Assembly (NCBI GenBank): GCA_036826295.1
Contig: DAISWO010000003.1
Span: 42,018 to 106,017, forward strand
Direction of reading: 5' to 3'
DNA: 64,000 nucleotides
Source: Candidatus Saccharimonadota bacterium
Lineage (GTDB): Bacteria > Patescibacteriota > Saccharimonadia > Saccharimonadales > JAGQNJ01
Made by a program: the position numbers and the translations under genes. The notes under the pieces are model-generated. The model was not told the DNA's origin and did not search any database. It saw only the letters and a list, made by a program, of their open reading frames with translations. Below, in pieces: positions 6,931-16,363 of this stretch. How positions within the stretch are numbered: position 1 is the first letter of the stretch; every line of letters starts with the position of its first letter.

Positions 6931-8451
6931 CTATTTAGGAATTTCTACATCTTCACCGAAATGCTTTATTAGCCTACTTTTTATAGATCCTGGGTGACGA
7001 CCGAATTTTTGTGACAACTTAGCAACTCCGTCCCCCAACACAAATCGTTCTTTCAGTTCTTGATCATCCGCCTTTTCCCACCTGGTATAGGCCTTAGGAA
7101 ATTTTTGTCGCATTGAAGCAAGCTTTTCTGACCATGTACTTGGGGAATCTAATTTTAGAACTACCGTTTTTCTACTTTTGACTCGCTCACGTAGATGTTC
7201 GTATTTTTTGCTGGCCTTATCTGACTGTAATCTTAGATGCTGATCTATCTCTAGCGCTTCTGGACTAACACGAAGTGCCATCGCGTTAAGCCCAAGTAGA
7301 CTCAATGTATCGAGACTACGAACTCGCGATAAAGCAACGTAGCCCATCCCCTCAACAAAAGCTCTCTCTAAATTAATTCTGGCGGCATCCAACGTCATGC
7401 CCTGGCTTTTATGCACTGTTATTGCCCAAGCCAGTCGCAGTGGTAGCTGTGTCAGAGATGCCCGTTTTTTATCGCCATCTCGAAGCTCCCAAGTATCCGG
7501 CAAAATCGTAACCTTCCTACCATTATTAAGCTTTACTATTGGATAATCTGAGTTTTTATCAAAATCAACTACCACTCCAAGCGATCCATTTACAAATTTT
7601 TTCTCGGTGTTATTTTTGATGCAGATTACCAATGCGCCCTTTTTTAGTACTAGGTTTTCTTGTGCTAGGCACGACCGTTTTAACGTTTCTTTATGATATT
7701 CCTTACCCGTCGACTGCATATTATAAATATGCTCACTACCCTTCAAACCAGAAAGTTGCCGAGCATTTAAACTATCTACGTCAACGTTTGTCGTATGAAG
7801 TTCTGTTACTGCAGCCGAGGATCCTAACTGTTTGTTCTTCCTGCCCTGCAATGCCGTAACATGACGCCTACGAATGTCGTTGTTTCTAATCGCATTTAGT
7901 ACATCCAAGAAAAGCGTGTCATCTTGTCGATGTTGTTCGTCAAGATAACATATAACTGGACCAAGATCCCGCCACGACGAAGAGTTAACCACAAAAGATC
8001 CCTCTCTAGCGTCACTTCGATTAACTGGCGGTAATTGAAAAAAATCACCACATAGAATTAGTTGTATTCCACCGAAAGGTATATCATTTTTTCTGGCCTG
8101 ACGTAACAGATTATCGATCATATCCAGTCGATAATCGTGAAGCATCGAGATTTCGTCGATTATCAGAACATCTGATTTTGTTAGGTTATCTACTTTTGAT
8201 TTTGTTAGTCCTTCGAAAAACTTTTTTGGCAGTTCTTCCATTACACCTATACCGCTCCATGAATGAATCGTATTTCCGCCAAGATGTGTTGCAGCAAGAC
8301 CGGTAGTTGCAGTTACAGCGACAGTCTTGTGTTGTTTTTTAGCACGACGAATAAATTCGTTTAAAACATAGGTTTTGCCCGATCCTGCTGGTCCGGTAAG
8401 CAGAACACTCAGGCCTTCTTCCATAATCTCTAATGCTAACGCTTGATCCAT
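6931..8451 (-). CDS. PIF1/RecD-family SF1B DNA helicase with C-terminal HTH-like tail
   Basis: 506 aa. Walker A GPAGSGKT, ATTGLAA, Walker B IIDEISM, LILCGDFFQLPPV and TVHKSQGMTLD are all present. Confidence 0.85.
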   Translation of the reverse strand: MDQALALEIMEEGLSVLLTGPAGSGKTYVLNEFIRRAKKQHKTVAVTATTGLAATHLGGNTIHSWSGIGVMEELPKKFFEGLTKSKVDNLTKSDVLIIDEISMLHDYRLDMIDNLLRQARKNDIPFGGIQLILCGDFFQLPPVNRSDAREGSFVVNSSSWRDLGPVICYLDEQHRQDDTLFLDVLNAIRNNDIRRRHVTALQGRKNKQLGSSAAVTELHTTNVDVDSLNARQLSGLKGSEHIYNMQSTGKEYHKETLKRSCLAQENLVLKKGALVICIKNNTEKKFVNGSLGVVVDFDKNSDYPIVKLNNGRKVTILPDTWELRDGDKKRASLTQLPLRLAWAITVHKSQGMTLDAARINLERAFVEGMGYVALSRVRSLDTLSLLGLNAMALRVSPEALEIDQHLRLQSDKASKKYEHLRERVKSRKTVVLKLDSPSTWSEKLASMRQKFPKAYTRWEKADDQELKERFVLGDGVAKLSQKFGRHPGSIKSRLIKHFGEDVEIPK

Positions 8452-8515
8452 GTTGTTGTACTAGTATAGCCGACTTATACGATCTCTGTGTATAAACAAA
8501 TGTTATTATTGATAT

Positions 8516-8965
8516 ATGAAAAGAAGAGTTGCTGTACGTGGCATCATCGTTGTTGATGGAAAGCTTCTATGTTTTAAGCTAAGGTCAAAACACGGAGACG
8601 ACGTCACAAAATACTGGTGCGTACCCGGAGGTGGCGTTGACGTAGGAGAGCCATTACTGGATGCATTAGAACGAGAGATGATCGAAGAGACGGGCGTAAA
8701 ACCAGAGGTTGGAGGTCTACTGTATGTACAGCAGTTTTTTGATAATCAGTTCGAATATAAAGAACAAATGGAATTTTTTTTCCATATCATTAACGGCAAA
8801 GACTACTTGAACATAGATCTAGGCAATACTAGCCATGGCTTAGCAGAAATAGCCGAATTTGCGTTTATCGACCCTAGTAAGAACTTCGTTTTGCCAAAAT
8901 TTTTAACCACTGAGTCGTTCCAAGACTTAGGCAAACATCCAACAAAGTTTTTTAGCTATTTTTAA
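8516..8965 (+). CDS. NUDIX hydrolase
   Basis: Nudix box GGGVDVGEPLLDALEREMIEETGV. Confidence 0.85.
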   Translation: MKRRVAVRGIIVVDGKLLCFKLRSKHGDDVTKYWCVPGGGVDVGEPLLDALEREMIEETGVKPEVGGLLYVQQFFDNQFEYKEQMEFFFHIINGKDYLNIDLGNTSHGLAEIAEFAFIDPSKNFVLPKFLTTESFQDLGKHPTKFFSYF

Positions 8966-8966
8966 T

Positions 8967-9353
8967 CTAGTCACCAGGGTTATAGTCTGCAAGTAAAGCG
9001 TTCCATGTTTGCGGGCCTACGATTCCATCAACAGTTATGCTTTTTAGTGTTTGGAATTTCTTCACAGCTTTCTTAGTCTGTTGTCCAAAAACACCGTTAA
9101 CAACTAGTCGCGGTTCAACATGATAAACATTATTTAGTTTTCTCTGCAAAATGCTAACACAAGGATGAGTTGAGTTGGTTGTCATACTTAGCATTGGCTG
9201 TCTACTCAAACATAAAGAATAATTCCAAGAAACTGGTTTTGCCTTCGCTGATGCTACTGGTGCCATTACTGTCCCAACACTAACTACTGATATTGCTACC
9301 ATTACAAATGCACTAACTTTCTGAATGATTTTATTCATAATAACTCCTCTCAA
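8967..9353 (-). CDS. Secreted/membrane-anchored peptidoglycan-binding domain protein
   Basis: N-terminal hydrophobic segment plus a C-terminal PG_binding_1-like repeat (VKKFQTLKSITVDGIVGPQTWNAL). Confidence 0.7.
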   Translation of the reverse strand: MRGVIMNKIIQKVSAFVMVAISVVSVGTVMAPVASAKAKPVSWNYSLCLSRQPMLSMTTNSTHPCVSILQRKLNNVYHVEPRLVVNGVFGQQTKKAVKKFQTLKSITVDGIVGPQTWNALLADYNPGD

Positions 9354-9408
9354 TTTAATAACTATTACACATATTATACTACTTTTTTATATTTCAGTCT
9401 ACCCTGTT

Positions 9409-9948
9409 TTATAATCCGCGTTGTTTTCGCTCTAATACATCATATCCTTCATGTACCTCATCTGCCCGATCTAAGCCAAAAGATTCTAACAATTCCCATA
9501 GTTTGGCGACCGCTTTATCATGATCACTTTGATGATCCATCATTAGTTCAGCTTCGATAAAATCCCCTAAGCTCGGAACACTATCAACACAAATCTCAAT
9601 CTCTCCAATTTTTGCCTTTCGGCGGATTTTAGTAATGTCAGAATACAGTTCATAACCCAATAACTTAATTATCGCTTCAAGCTCTTTGGCGTTGTCTACT
9701 ATCGTTTCGTGCTCAATACTATCTAGATGCCCGACAACAGATCTTTTTAAGGTAAAATATACTGTCTTATGATTTTCAGCCCTGATTCTTAGCCAATTTG
9801 CCCCCGCCTCGTTATCTTTATTCCCGGGCTCTCCATACACGACATCGTGTTGTGTTAGTTTCTCGCCAAGCGTGATCCCCTTCTCAACTAAAACTTTCTC
9901 AAGTTTATCTAGATTTCTTATACGTGCCTTAACTTCAATCTCTCTCAT
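9409..9948 (-). CDS. CYTH domain protein (class IV adenylate cyclase / triphosphate tunnel metalloenzyme family)
   Basis: Starts MREIEVKARI, which contains the ExExK signature. 179 aa, typical CyaB/CYTH size. Confidence 0.75.
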   Translation of the reverse strand: MREIEVKARIRNLDKLEKVLVEKGITLGEKLTQHDVVYGEPGNKDNEAGANWLRIRAENHKTVYFTLKRSVVGHLDSIEHETIVDNAKELEAIIKLLGYELYSDITKIRRKAKIGEIEICVDSVPSLGDFIEAELMMDHQSDHDKAVAKLWELLESFGLDRADEVHEGYDVLERKQRGL

Positions 9949-9965
9949 AAGCTAATCATACCATT

Positions 9966-10379
9966 TTATATATCTGTCCAATAGCACGTATAGTCGCCGC
10001 CTTTTATCATACCTAATTCGCTATAACGTTTATCGAGTGCTTCATCTCCAACGGGAGTATATACTAAAATTTGTGTGTGCTTTCTCGATTTGAGAATTTT
10101 AGTTGCATGGTCATATAATTCTTTGGATACCCTCTTGTCGTTATCTTTTACTACAAATCTAAAAAGCCATGCCACCCTACCGTCTTCGATCAAAGAAATG
10201 GCACCCAATAATTCTCCATCATGCTCGTACACCAATATACTCTCTGAATCATCCGAAATTTTCTTTTCCAGTCTATCGCGCCCATCCCGAGCCTCATCAA
10301 ACTGACCACCAAACCACTCCGAATGCAGATATAGCTCCTTCAACTTTTCATAATCTGAATCTGTATAACTTCTAATCAT
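9966..10379 (-). CDS. GNAT family N-acetyltransferase (putative)
   Basis: 137 aa with a beta-strand/helix pattern and AWLFRFVVKDNDKRVSKELY resembling the acetyl-CoA binding region. Weak, judged by eye. Confidence 0.5.
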   Translation of the reverse strand: MIRSYTDSDYEKLKELYLHSEWFGGQFDEARDGRDRLEKKISDDSESILVYEHDGELLGAISLIEDGRVAWLFRFVVKDNDKRVSKELYDHATKILKSRKHTQILVYTPVGDEALDKRYSELGMIKGGDYTCYWTDI

Positions 10380-10533
10380 TCTTGAATTATAGCAGTTTTG
10401 TTGGGCATCGGCTTTTTCCTGATAAGCTCACGTCAAACAAGAATAAACGTTAAGCCCGAGCTTTTACCATACTTCTACACCCCTAATAACAAGTTTTTTG
10501 GGGACCTCGTTTTGGCGATCCAAAGTTTAAGAT

Positions 10534-11910
10534 TTATGCAAGCTTTAGCTTGCCCACGAGTTCAGCAATTTTAACGCGTTCTTGCTTTGTCGTGTCACGA
10601 TCTCGTACCGTAACAGTGTCATCCTCTAAAGTATCGAAATCTACAGTCACACAATATGGCGTTCCAATCTCGTCTTGTCTACGGTATCGCTTCCCGATAT
10701 TTCCGTTATCATCAAATTCGCATGTCATAGTTTGGCTAAGAGTTTCAAAAACTGCTTTTGCCATTTTTACTAATTCGGGTTTGTTTTTTAATAATGGAAA
10801 AACAGCAACTTTAACTGGAGCGAGAGATTTGTGCAGTTTTAGAACGGTGCGTGTTTCACCATCGATTTCTTCTTGCTCATACGCATCGCAAACCACCGCC
10901 AAGAACATTCGGCCTAAACCAACTGACGTTTCGACAACCCAAGGTATGTACTTCTCATTTGTAGTCGGGTCTTGATAACTGAGGTCTATACCAGAAAACT
11001 TAGTGTGCTGACTCAAGTCATAATCGGTTCTGTCGTGTATTCCCTCCATCTCATCAAAGCCCATTGATGGATAATTGTATTCTATATCCCAAGCTTCTTT
11101 ACAGTAAAAGACCAAGTTATCGTGTTTTTTCCAGCGCAGATTTTCTTCTTTTATACCTATATCCTGGTACCATTGCCAACGATTCTTCTTAACTTGATCG
11201 TAGACGTTTTTATTCTCATTTGGCCTAATAAAATATTGTGTGTCAGCTTGCTCTAACTCGCGGGTTCGAAACAGAAAATTACGCGGGCTGATTTCGTTCC
11301 GGAAGGCCTTCCCGATTTGGGCAATACCAAAAGGCACTTTCATTCGGGTAGTGTCGACTACATTTTTAAAATTAAGATAAATCCCTTGGCATGCCTCGCC
11401 GGGAAGGTAGACAACCCTTTCTTCTTCTCCAGCAAAATCGCCTAGATTTGATTTGACTAGTAGGTTAAAGGCTTTAACTGATGAAAAATCTTTCTTTCCA
11501 CACTTTGGACATTTTATTTGTTTTCTGTTTTCGTCGAATAGTCGATTCAATTCTTCCTCCGACATTTTTTCGTCAGCTGTGACGCCTACGCCTTCAAGCT
11601 CTTTATCGACACGAATTCGATTATGACAATTTTTGCACTCTGCTAATGGATCAGAAAAACCAGAGGTGTGACCTGAGGCTTCCCATACTTTAGGATTTTT
11701 AAAGATAGCGGAATCCAAACCTACAAAGTCGGTACGACTTGTTACATTTGCTCGCCACCACGCAGCCTTTAGATTATTTAGTAGCTCGACTCCGTAGGGA
11801 CCGTAGTCGTACAGACCTGCTTCTCCACCATAAATCTCTGATCCTTGGTAAACAAACCCACGGCGCTTACATAAACTAACGATGTCTTCTAGGCTAACTT
11901 TTTTACTCAT
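10534..11910 (-). CDS. glyQS: Glycine--tRNA ligase (alpha2 dimeric type)
   Basis: 458 aa. N-terminus IVSLCKRRGFVYQGSEIYGG and class II motifs. Confidence 0.92.
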   Translation of the reverse strand: MSKKVSLEDIVSLCKRRGFVYQGSEIYGGEAGLYDYGPYGVELLNNLKAAWWRANVTSRTDFVGLDSAIFKNPKVWEASGHTSGFSDPLAECKNCHNRIRVDKELEGVGVTADEKMSEEELNRLFDENRKQIKCPKCGKKDFSSVKAFNLLVKSNLGDFAGEEERVVYLPGEACQGIYLNFKNVVDTTRMKVPFGIAQIGKAFRNEISPRNFLFRTRELEQADTQYFIRPNENKNVYDQVKKNRWQWYQDIGIKEENLRWKKHDNLVFYCKEAWDIEYNYPSMGFDEMEGIHDRTDYDLSQHTKFSGIDLSYQDPTTNEKYIPWVVETSVGLGRMFLAVVCDAYEQEEIDGETRTVLKLHKSLAPVKVAVFPLLKNKPELVKMAKAVFETLSQTMTCEFDDNGNIGKRYRRQDEIGTPYCVTVDFDTLEDDTVTVRDRDTTKQERVKIAELVGKLKLA

Positions 11911-11935
11911 ATTATTATCTATTGTATCAGATACA

Positions 11936-12628
11936 CTAGCTTACAGTTTGCATAATATGTTGCAACAGCTGCAAGCAAACACCTACCTCGGCTTTAACGC
12001 CACCCACAACATTAATTCGCTCAATAGTCTCGTCTGCCAACAAGCGCATTAGCTTTATATGCCTACTGTTATAGGAGCCCTCGGCTTTGCGCACAAAACA
12101 CATGTCGTCTTGATCGAATGCATAATTACTAGCTTCTGCTAGACTGTAACCCTCCCTATCGGTTGTAAGATTTGGTTCGTGTCCCATCGTCATAATTAGG
12201 TTCATATAAAACCAGGCTTCAATCAAACTCAAATTAAATTCTGGATTATTGAGAGCTGATATCGATCGTAGTAGTAGATTATAATAATCAATATCGCAAT
12301 TATCTTGAGTAACCGAGTCAATGGTCGTAAGAATCGCATAGGCCGTGTTTGTTCGTTCTATATCTTTTACTATTTCTCCGTAATGCGTAACAAGCCTAGA
12401 CGAAGTTAATGTTCCAATCTCTTTTTTTGCCGGGATAAAACTAATACTACTAACGCTAAAAAGTTCAATACCGCCTGCTAATTTGCTCTTTTCTTTGCGA
12501 ACACCCTTCGCGATCAACGATAGCTTGCCCTGATCGGGGGTAATAATCGTCAGGATTCGGTCAGCTTCGCCGAAGTTAATGCGTTTTAGAACTATGCCGC
12601 TGGTCGATTTACTATTTGGCGCTGGCAT
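11936..12628 (-). CDS. recO: DNA repair protein RecO
   Basis: 230 aa. GIVLKRINFGEADRILTIITPDQGKLSLIAKGVRK is a typical RecO OB-fold N-terminus. Confidence 0.85.
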   Translation of the reverse strand: MPAPNSKSTSGIVLKRINFGEADRILTIITPDQGKLSLIAKGVRKEKSKLAGGIELFSVSSISFIPAKKEIGTLTSSRLVTHYGEIVKDIERTNTAYAILTTIDSVTQDNCDIDYYNLLLRSISALNNPEFNLSLIEAWFYMNLIMTMGHEPNLTTDREGYSLAEASNYAFDQDDMCFVRKAEGSYNSRHIKLMRLLADETIERINVVGGVKAEVGVCLQLLQHIMQTVS

Positions 12629-13007
12629 CTTTTGCCTTCACTAAATCTGCCGTCACCGAGAGCAGATTGTCTAATGTAACTTTTGGTTTATACAGCACCC
12701 TTGAAATTCCTAATTCTTCGGCAACTAACGGACTAATCCCCAATACGTCTTCTGGTATCAAAGAATTAATTATAATCGGAATGTCGTGCCAATCTGGATG
12801 TGATCGAAGCTCGTATAAAAATTCTATTCCATTATGTTCACCTAACTGAATTTCTAGAATTATCAGTTTTGGGTTTTGTCTGTCTAGCGCATGGATCGCT
12901 GTTTGCGCGGTTGTCTGAAGATCTACTTTGTACCCCGCTCTTTGCAAAATCTTTTTATAAGTACTCCCAAGTATTGCGTCCGGTTCAATTAACAAAACAT
13001 CTACCAT
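12612..13007 (-). CDS. Stand-alone receiver (REC) domain protein with Glu at the phospho-acceptor position (pseudo-receiver)
   Basis: 131 aa with CheY-like topology. LIILEIQL sits where DxxxxD...LxxLD is expected (E52 instead of Asp); the S (IINS) and K-P (YKPK) positions are conserved. Overlaps recO by 17 nt. Confidence 0.75.
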   Translation of the reverse strand: MVDVLLIEPDAILGSTYKKILQRAGYKVDLQTTAQTAIHALDRQNPKLIILEIQLGEHNGIEFLYELRSHPDWHDIPIIINSLIPEDVLGISPLVAEELGISRVLYKPKVTLDNLLSVTADLVKAKDASAK

Positions 13008-13040
13008 GCAAATATTATAGTCCCAAACAGTCCAAGCACG

Positions 13041-13751
13041 CTATAATAGCTTTAATTGTGCACTCGGCAAGAGATTGGCGATAAGTCCAGTCATGTTATT
13101 GTGTCTTATAAAATGTAGCTCACTGTCCATTGCATAAAAAAGCGAGTCTGCGACATATAAGCCCGCTCCGCTAGTATGCGTCATATTTGAAGCTGGCTGA
13201 CGCGCGTTCCCGTACAATTTTCTCGCGCTATCTAGTGATTTTTTACTAATCTTACTGCCAGAACTTAGTATGCCCACGCTAATCACGTCATTATCATTTC
13301 TAGCCAATAACGTAACTAATTTTTTTATCGAGAAGGTATTCGCACTAATAAAAGTATATGCCAAGCTTGTAAGTGCGGCTTCTAGAGCACTTTTATTTGC
13401 CATTACTAAACCGCATTTGCCCTCAACTCTTATATCAATATCTGTATTATATAATTTGGTCAGCCGACTTAGATTTTGCGCGCTATCATACATTGTTGAG
13501 GTGAGTGAGATTGAGCTGAGTTCTAAGGGTACTTGGTTGATTAGAGTCTGAGAGCTCAAAACGTAACTATCAAGTAGTTTAATAGCAGCTTCCGCAGTTA
13601 TCTCGATACGCCTATATTGATCTCGGTCGTTCATTAAACGGCCAAATTCTGCACTTCGCGCCACTTGCATAAAGGGCAATTTCAACTCTTCTACTAGGGA
13701 GTATAATAGCTTAATGTTCGGATCTACCTGAACTTGCTGATTACCTAACAC
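13041..13751 (-). CDS. Degenerate cytoplasmic histidine-kinase-like protein (His replaced by Glu; N and G1 boxes eroded)
   Basis: 236 aa. SLVEELKLPF aligns to the HisKA H-box SHELRTPL with E at the His position. The C-terminal TSGAGLYVADSLF...GLIANLLP resembles the G2 box and end of HATPase_c. No TM segment. Confidence 0.6.
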   Translation of the reverse strand: MLGNQQVQVDPNIKLLYSLVEELKLPFMQVARSAEFGRLMNDRDQYRRIEITAEAAIKLLDSYVLSSQTLINQVPLELSSISLTSTMYDSAQNLSRLTKLYNTDIDIRVEGKCGLVMANKSALEAALTSLAYTFISANTFSIKKLVTLLARNDNDVISVGILSSGSKISKKSLDSARKLYGNARQPASNMTHTSGAGLYVADSLFYAMDSELHFIRHNNMTGLIANLLPSAQLKLL

Positions 13752-13821
13752 AATCTACTTCTCCCTCTCTTAATATCTAAGAAAAGTATATCACGCCAAG
13801 GATTTTTGACTAATTTATCAG

Positions 13822-14487
13822 CTACGGCGAGAAATCAAAATTTTTAAGAATATTTTTCTCAAAATCGGGTACGAATTGGCTATCTTCTGTCCATATTTTT
13901 ATAGTTTTATCCCTAAGCGGAAGCAAAATCATTACCCCAGATTTATTAGTATCAATCTTGCCAACAACTTGCGTACCGATAATATTATCAACATTTACGG
14001 GCTTATAAGGTTTTGCTCTCGCGTCTCCATTTTTTACAGCAGAGTCAAAATTTTTAATTTCTTCGGCATAAGTTGCGTTAGATATTTGCAACCTCAATGC
14101 AAAAGCTGTGCCTCCCTTAATATTTGGTACAAAATTTGGATGGAAGTATCCGTCAACAGGCGTGCTAGAGCCATTTTCATCCACAAATGCACTCCATGTC
14201 TTTGGATATTTCACAGACACACTTCCAAATGACGATGGCCCGGCATATTCTTTCAAGGGCTCCTTTTCACGTTGAATAAAATCATTATCCTTCTGAGTTG
14301 CGGTCTCTTTTTTTGCAACTTCAACAGCAGTACTTATTTTTTCATCGACATTATTCTTATAATCTGTTCTTTCAGCGTAAGCCCAATAGCCAAAGCCAAG
14401 CGCACCGAAAAACATTAACAACACAAATATCAAAGCAATAAGCAATAAGCTGACTGCACCATTCTCATTTAATTTTTTAGAATCCAT
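13822..14487 (-). CDS. Hypothetical membrane-anchored protein
   Basis: 221 aa with a single N-terminal TM (VSLLLIALIFVLLMFFGALGFGYWAY) and a soluble C-terminal domain. No recognised family. Confidence 0.55.
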   Translation of the reverse strand: MDSKKLNENGAVSLLLIALIFVLLMFFGALGFGYWAYAERTDYKNNVDEKISTAVEVAKKETATQKDNDFIQREKEPLKEYAGPSSFGSVSVKYPKTWSAFVDENGSSTPVDGYFHPNFVPNIKGGTAFALRLQISNATYAEEIKNFDSAVKNGDARAKPYKPVNVDNIIGTQVVGKIDTNKSGVMILLPLRDKTIKIWTEDSQFVPDFEKNILKNFDFSP

Positions 14488-14553
14488 ATTGCTAATGGTA
14501 TAACAATATACTTACATCTGACAAGTACTCTTTATATCCAGACACAAAATCAC

Positions 14554-15042
14554 TTACTTATACTCATATAAAAATACACCCTGATCCGTTCTGACAGGTT
14601 TTTTGTTAGGTATTTTAAACGCATAGCTTGCCAGCCTTACTGGATTTGAGTAATCTTTTGATATTTTTTGGTCAAGCCGCGCCATATACTTGTCCAACAA
14701 AAAACAATAGATCCCGTCGGCTTCAGGCCATTTTTTGTGCCAATAATTTCCCCATATGATGGTTATTTGTTTTCGGTGTGAAAAAGTAACAATTTTTGCT
14801 ACTACAACCAATATTGGGTTCAGCTCATAGCCGGTAACACGCAGGCCATTTTTTGCTGCGGCCTTTAACACCCTGCCATCGCCACAACCTAGTTCTATAA
14901 AACTTTGTCCTGATTTTAAGTTGAGTAGATTTAAAGCAACTCTAATCTGATCTTTTTTTGTTGGCAAATAGGGTGCGCCAAATAAAATCACGAATCCGAA
15001 ACAAACAACAAATATTAATACTGTTAAAGATAGCCAGTTCAT
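14554..15042 (-). CDS. Class I SAM-dependent methyltransferase with N-terminal TM segment
   Basis: 162 aa. Motif I is ELGCGDGRV, preceded by a hydrophobic N-terminus. Confidence 0.65.
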   Translation of the reverse strand: MNWLSLTVLIFVVCFGFVILFGAPYLPTKKDQIRVALNLLNLKSGQSFIELGCGDGRVLKAAAKNGLRVTGYELNPILVVVAKIVTFSHRKQITIIWGNYWHKKWPEADGIYCFLLDKYMARLDQKISKDYSNPVRLASYAFKIPNKKPVRTDQGVFLYEYK

Positions 15043-15231
15043 CTATCCCTTAAACTTTTTTACTTCGTTCTTTGCATTTTCTAGGTATCGACGCAGTTCG
15101 TTCACGAGCTCAGTGCCTTTTGCGTGCAGGTCCAAAGCTTTATCAACATCTGTATCTACACTCTGTAGTTGATCTAGGACTTCATCTAGCTCATCTCTTA
15201 TCTGGGTGTATTTTCTTATTTTTTCTGTCAT
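15043..15231 (-). CDS. xseB: Exodeoxyribonuclease VII small subunit
   Basis: 62 aa, helical, directly downstream of xseA. The LDEVLDQLQS...LDLHAKGTELV pattern fits. Confidence 0.85.
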   Translation of the reverse strand: MTEKIRKYTQIRDELDEVLDQLQSVDTDVDKALDLHAKGTELVNELRRYLENAKNEVKKFKG

Positions 15232-15235
15232 ATTT

Positions 15236-16363
15236 TTATTCTACCTTTAATTTGCCTATTTCAGCCATAGCACTCCCTTTTGCGAGACGAATATCAATTT
15301 TGTCTCCTATATCAAGCTGCTGTATAGATTTTATTGTTTGACCATTTTTTGAGACTATCGAGTAGCCTCTGTTTAAGACTGCTTGTGGATCAAAACTTCT
15401 CAATAATTGTTCTTTTAATTCTATCTTTGATGCTTCCTGATTCAAAAAATCTTTCAAGTAATTAGAAATGTTCAGAATGTTTTGATCTAAGCTGTTACTT
15501 GCCCCAGAAAGTATACTTTTAACTGTTGTTGCGAGACTGTCTAAGTCCCTATTTAGTCTTCGTACTTCATCTCTTCTATCCGGAACAATTATCTCGGCGG
15601 CATTGCTAGGCGTACTTGCACGTTTATCTGCTACTAGTTCTGCAAAAGATAGGTCCCGTTCGTGACCTACAGCTACTAATGTAGGTATTCGGCTACTCGC
15701 AATGGCTCTTGTGAGTTTTTCGTCGTTAAACGCATCAAGGTCATCAGAACTTCCACCTCCTCGAGTGATAACCAGCAAGTCTAAATAAGGAAGCCCGGTA
15801 TTCAAGTTGTTTATTGCTTTAATTATCTGATTAGGTGAATCAACGCCCTGAACCAAGGCTTCGTGATGAACGATCTTTAACCCCGCCCATCTTTGATTAA
15901 CAATTTTTATAAAATCACTATAGGCGGCTGACTCAGATGATGTAATTAAACCAATGGAATACGGAATCGTTGGTATCTGCCTTTTACGTTCTGGGGCAAA
16001 TAAACCTTCTTTTTCCAACTTGGCGTGTAGCAACTTATTAGCACGATTAATTGTTCCCTTGCCAGAGAGTTCGATTTGTTCGACCTGCAGACTGAATCCA
16101 AATCTAGGATGCAATTGCGGGGTAGCTCTAACTCGAAGCATCATTCCGTCTTCTATTGGTGCCGGTAATTTTAAAATCGATCCAAAAAAATTTACGCTAG
16201 AGTTTTCGTCTTTTAAACTAAAATACAGCCAAGTATTTCTACTAATCCGGAGGTTACTAACCTCTCCTAATACCACTACACTAGAGTATGCATAATTTAT
16301 AGTCTGATTAAAGACTGCGACAAAATCACTAACTCCAAACTCTAACCTCGAATCTACACTCAT
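15236..16363 (-). CDS. xseA: Exodeoxyribonuclease VII large subunit
   Basis: 375 aa. OB-fold N-terminus (VVVLGEVSNL), ITRGGGS motif and coiled-coil C-terminus. Confidence 0.88.
   Translation of the reverse strand: MSVDSRLEFGVSDFVAVFNQTINYAYSSVVVLGEVSNLRISRNTWLYFSLKDENSSVNFFGSILKLPAPIEDGMMLRVRATPQLHPRFGFSLQVEQIELSGKGTINRANKLLHAKLEKEGLFAPERKRQIPTIPYSIGLITSSESAAYSDFIKIVNQRWAGLKIVHHEALVQGVDSPNQIIKAINNLNTGLPYLDLLVITRGGGSSDDLDAFNDEKLTRAIASSRIPTLVAVGHERDLSFAELVADKRASTPSNAAEIIVPDRRDEVRRLNRDLDSLATTVKSILSGASNSLDQNILNISNYLKDFLNQEASKIELKEQLLRSFDPQAVLNRGYSIVSKNGQTIKSIQQLDIGDKIDIRLAKGSAMAEIGKLKVE

Noticed and set aside
9966-10379. GNAT protein as the toxin of a GNAT/RHH toxin-antitoxin pair.
   Set aside because: No small antitoxin ORF lies upstream or downstream. 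The 154-bp upstream spacer holds only a promoter-like element.
10380-10533. Looked for a glyQS terminator or small RNA in the 154-bp spacer (CCCC...GGGG with a 16-nt loop; AAGC-TCGG-GCTT).
   Set aside because: The stems are only 4 bp with large or tiny loops and no U-tract, so this is not convincing.
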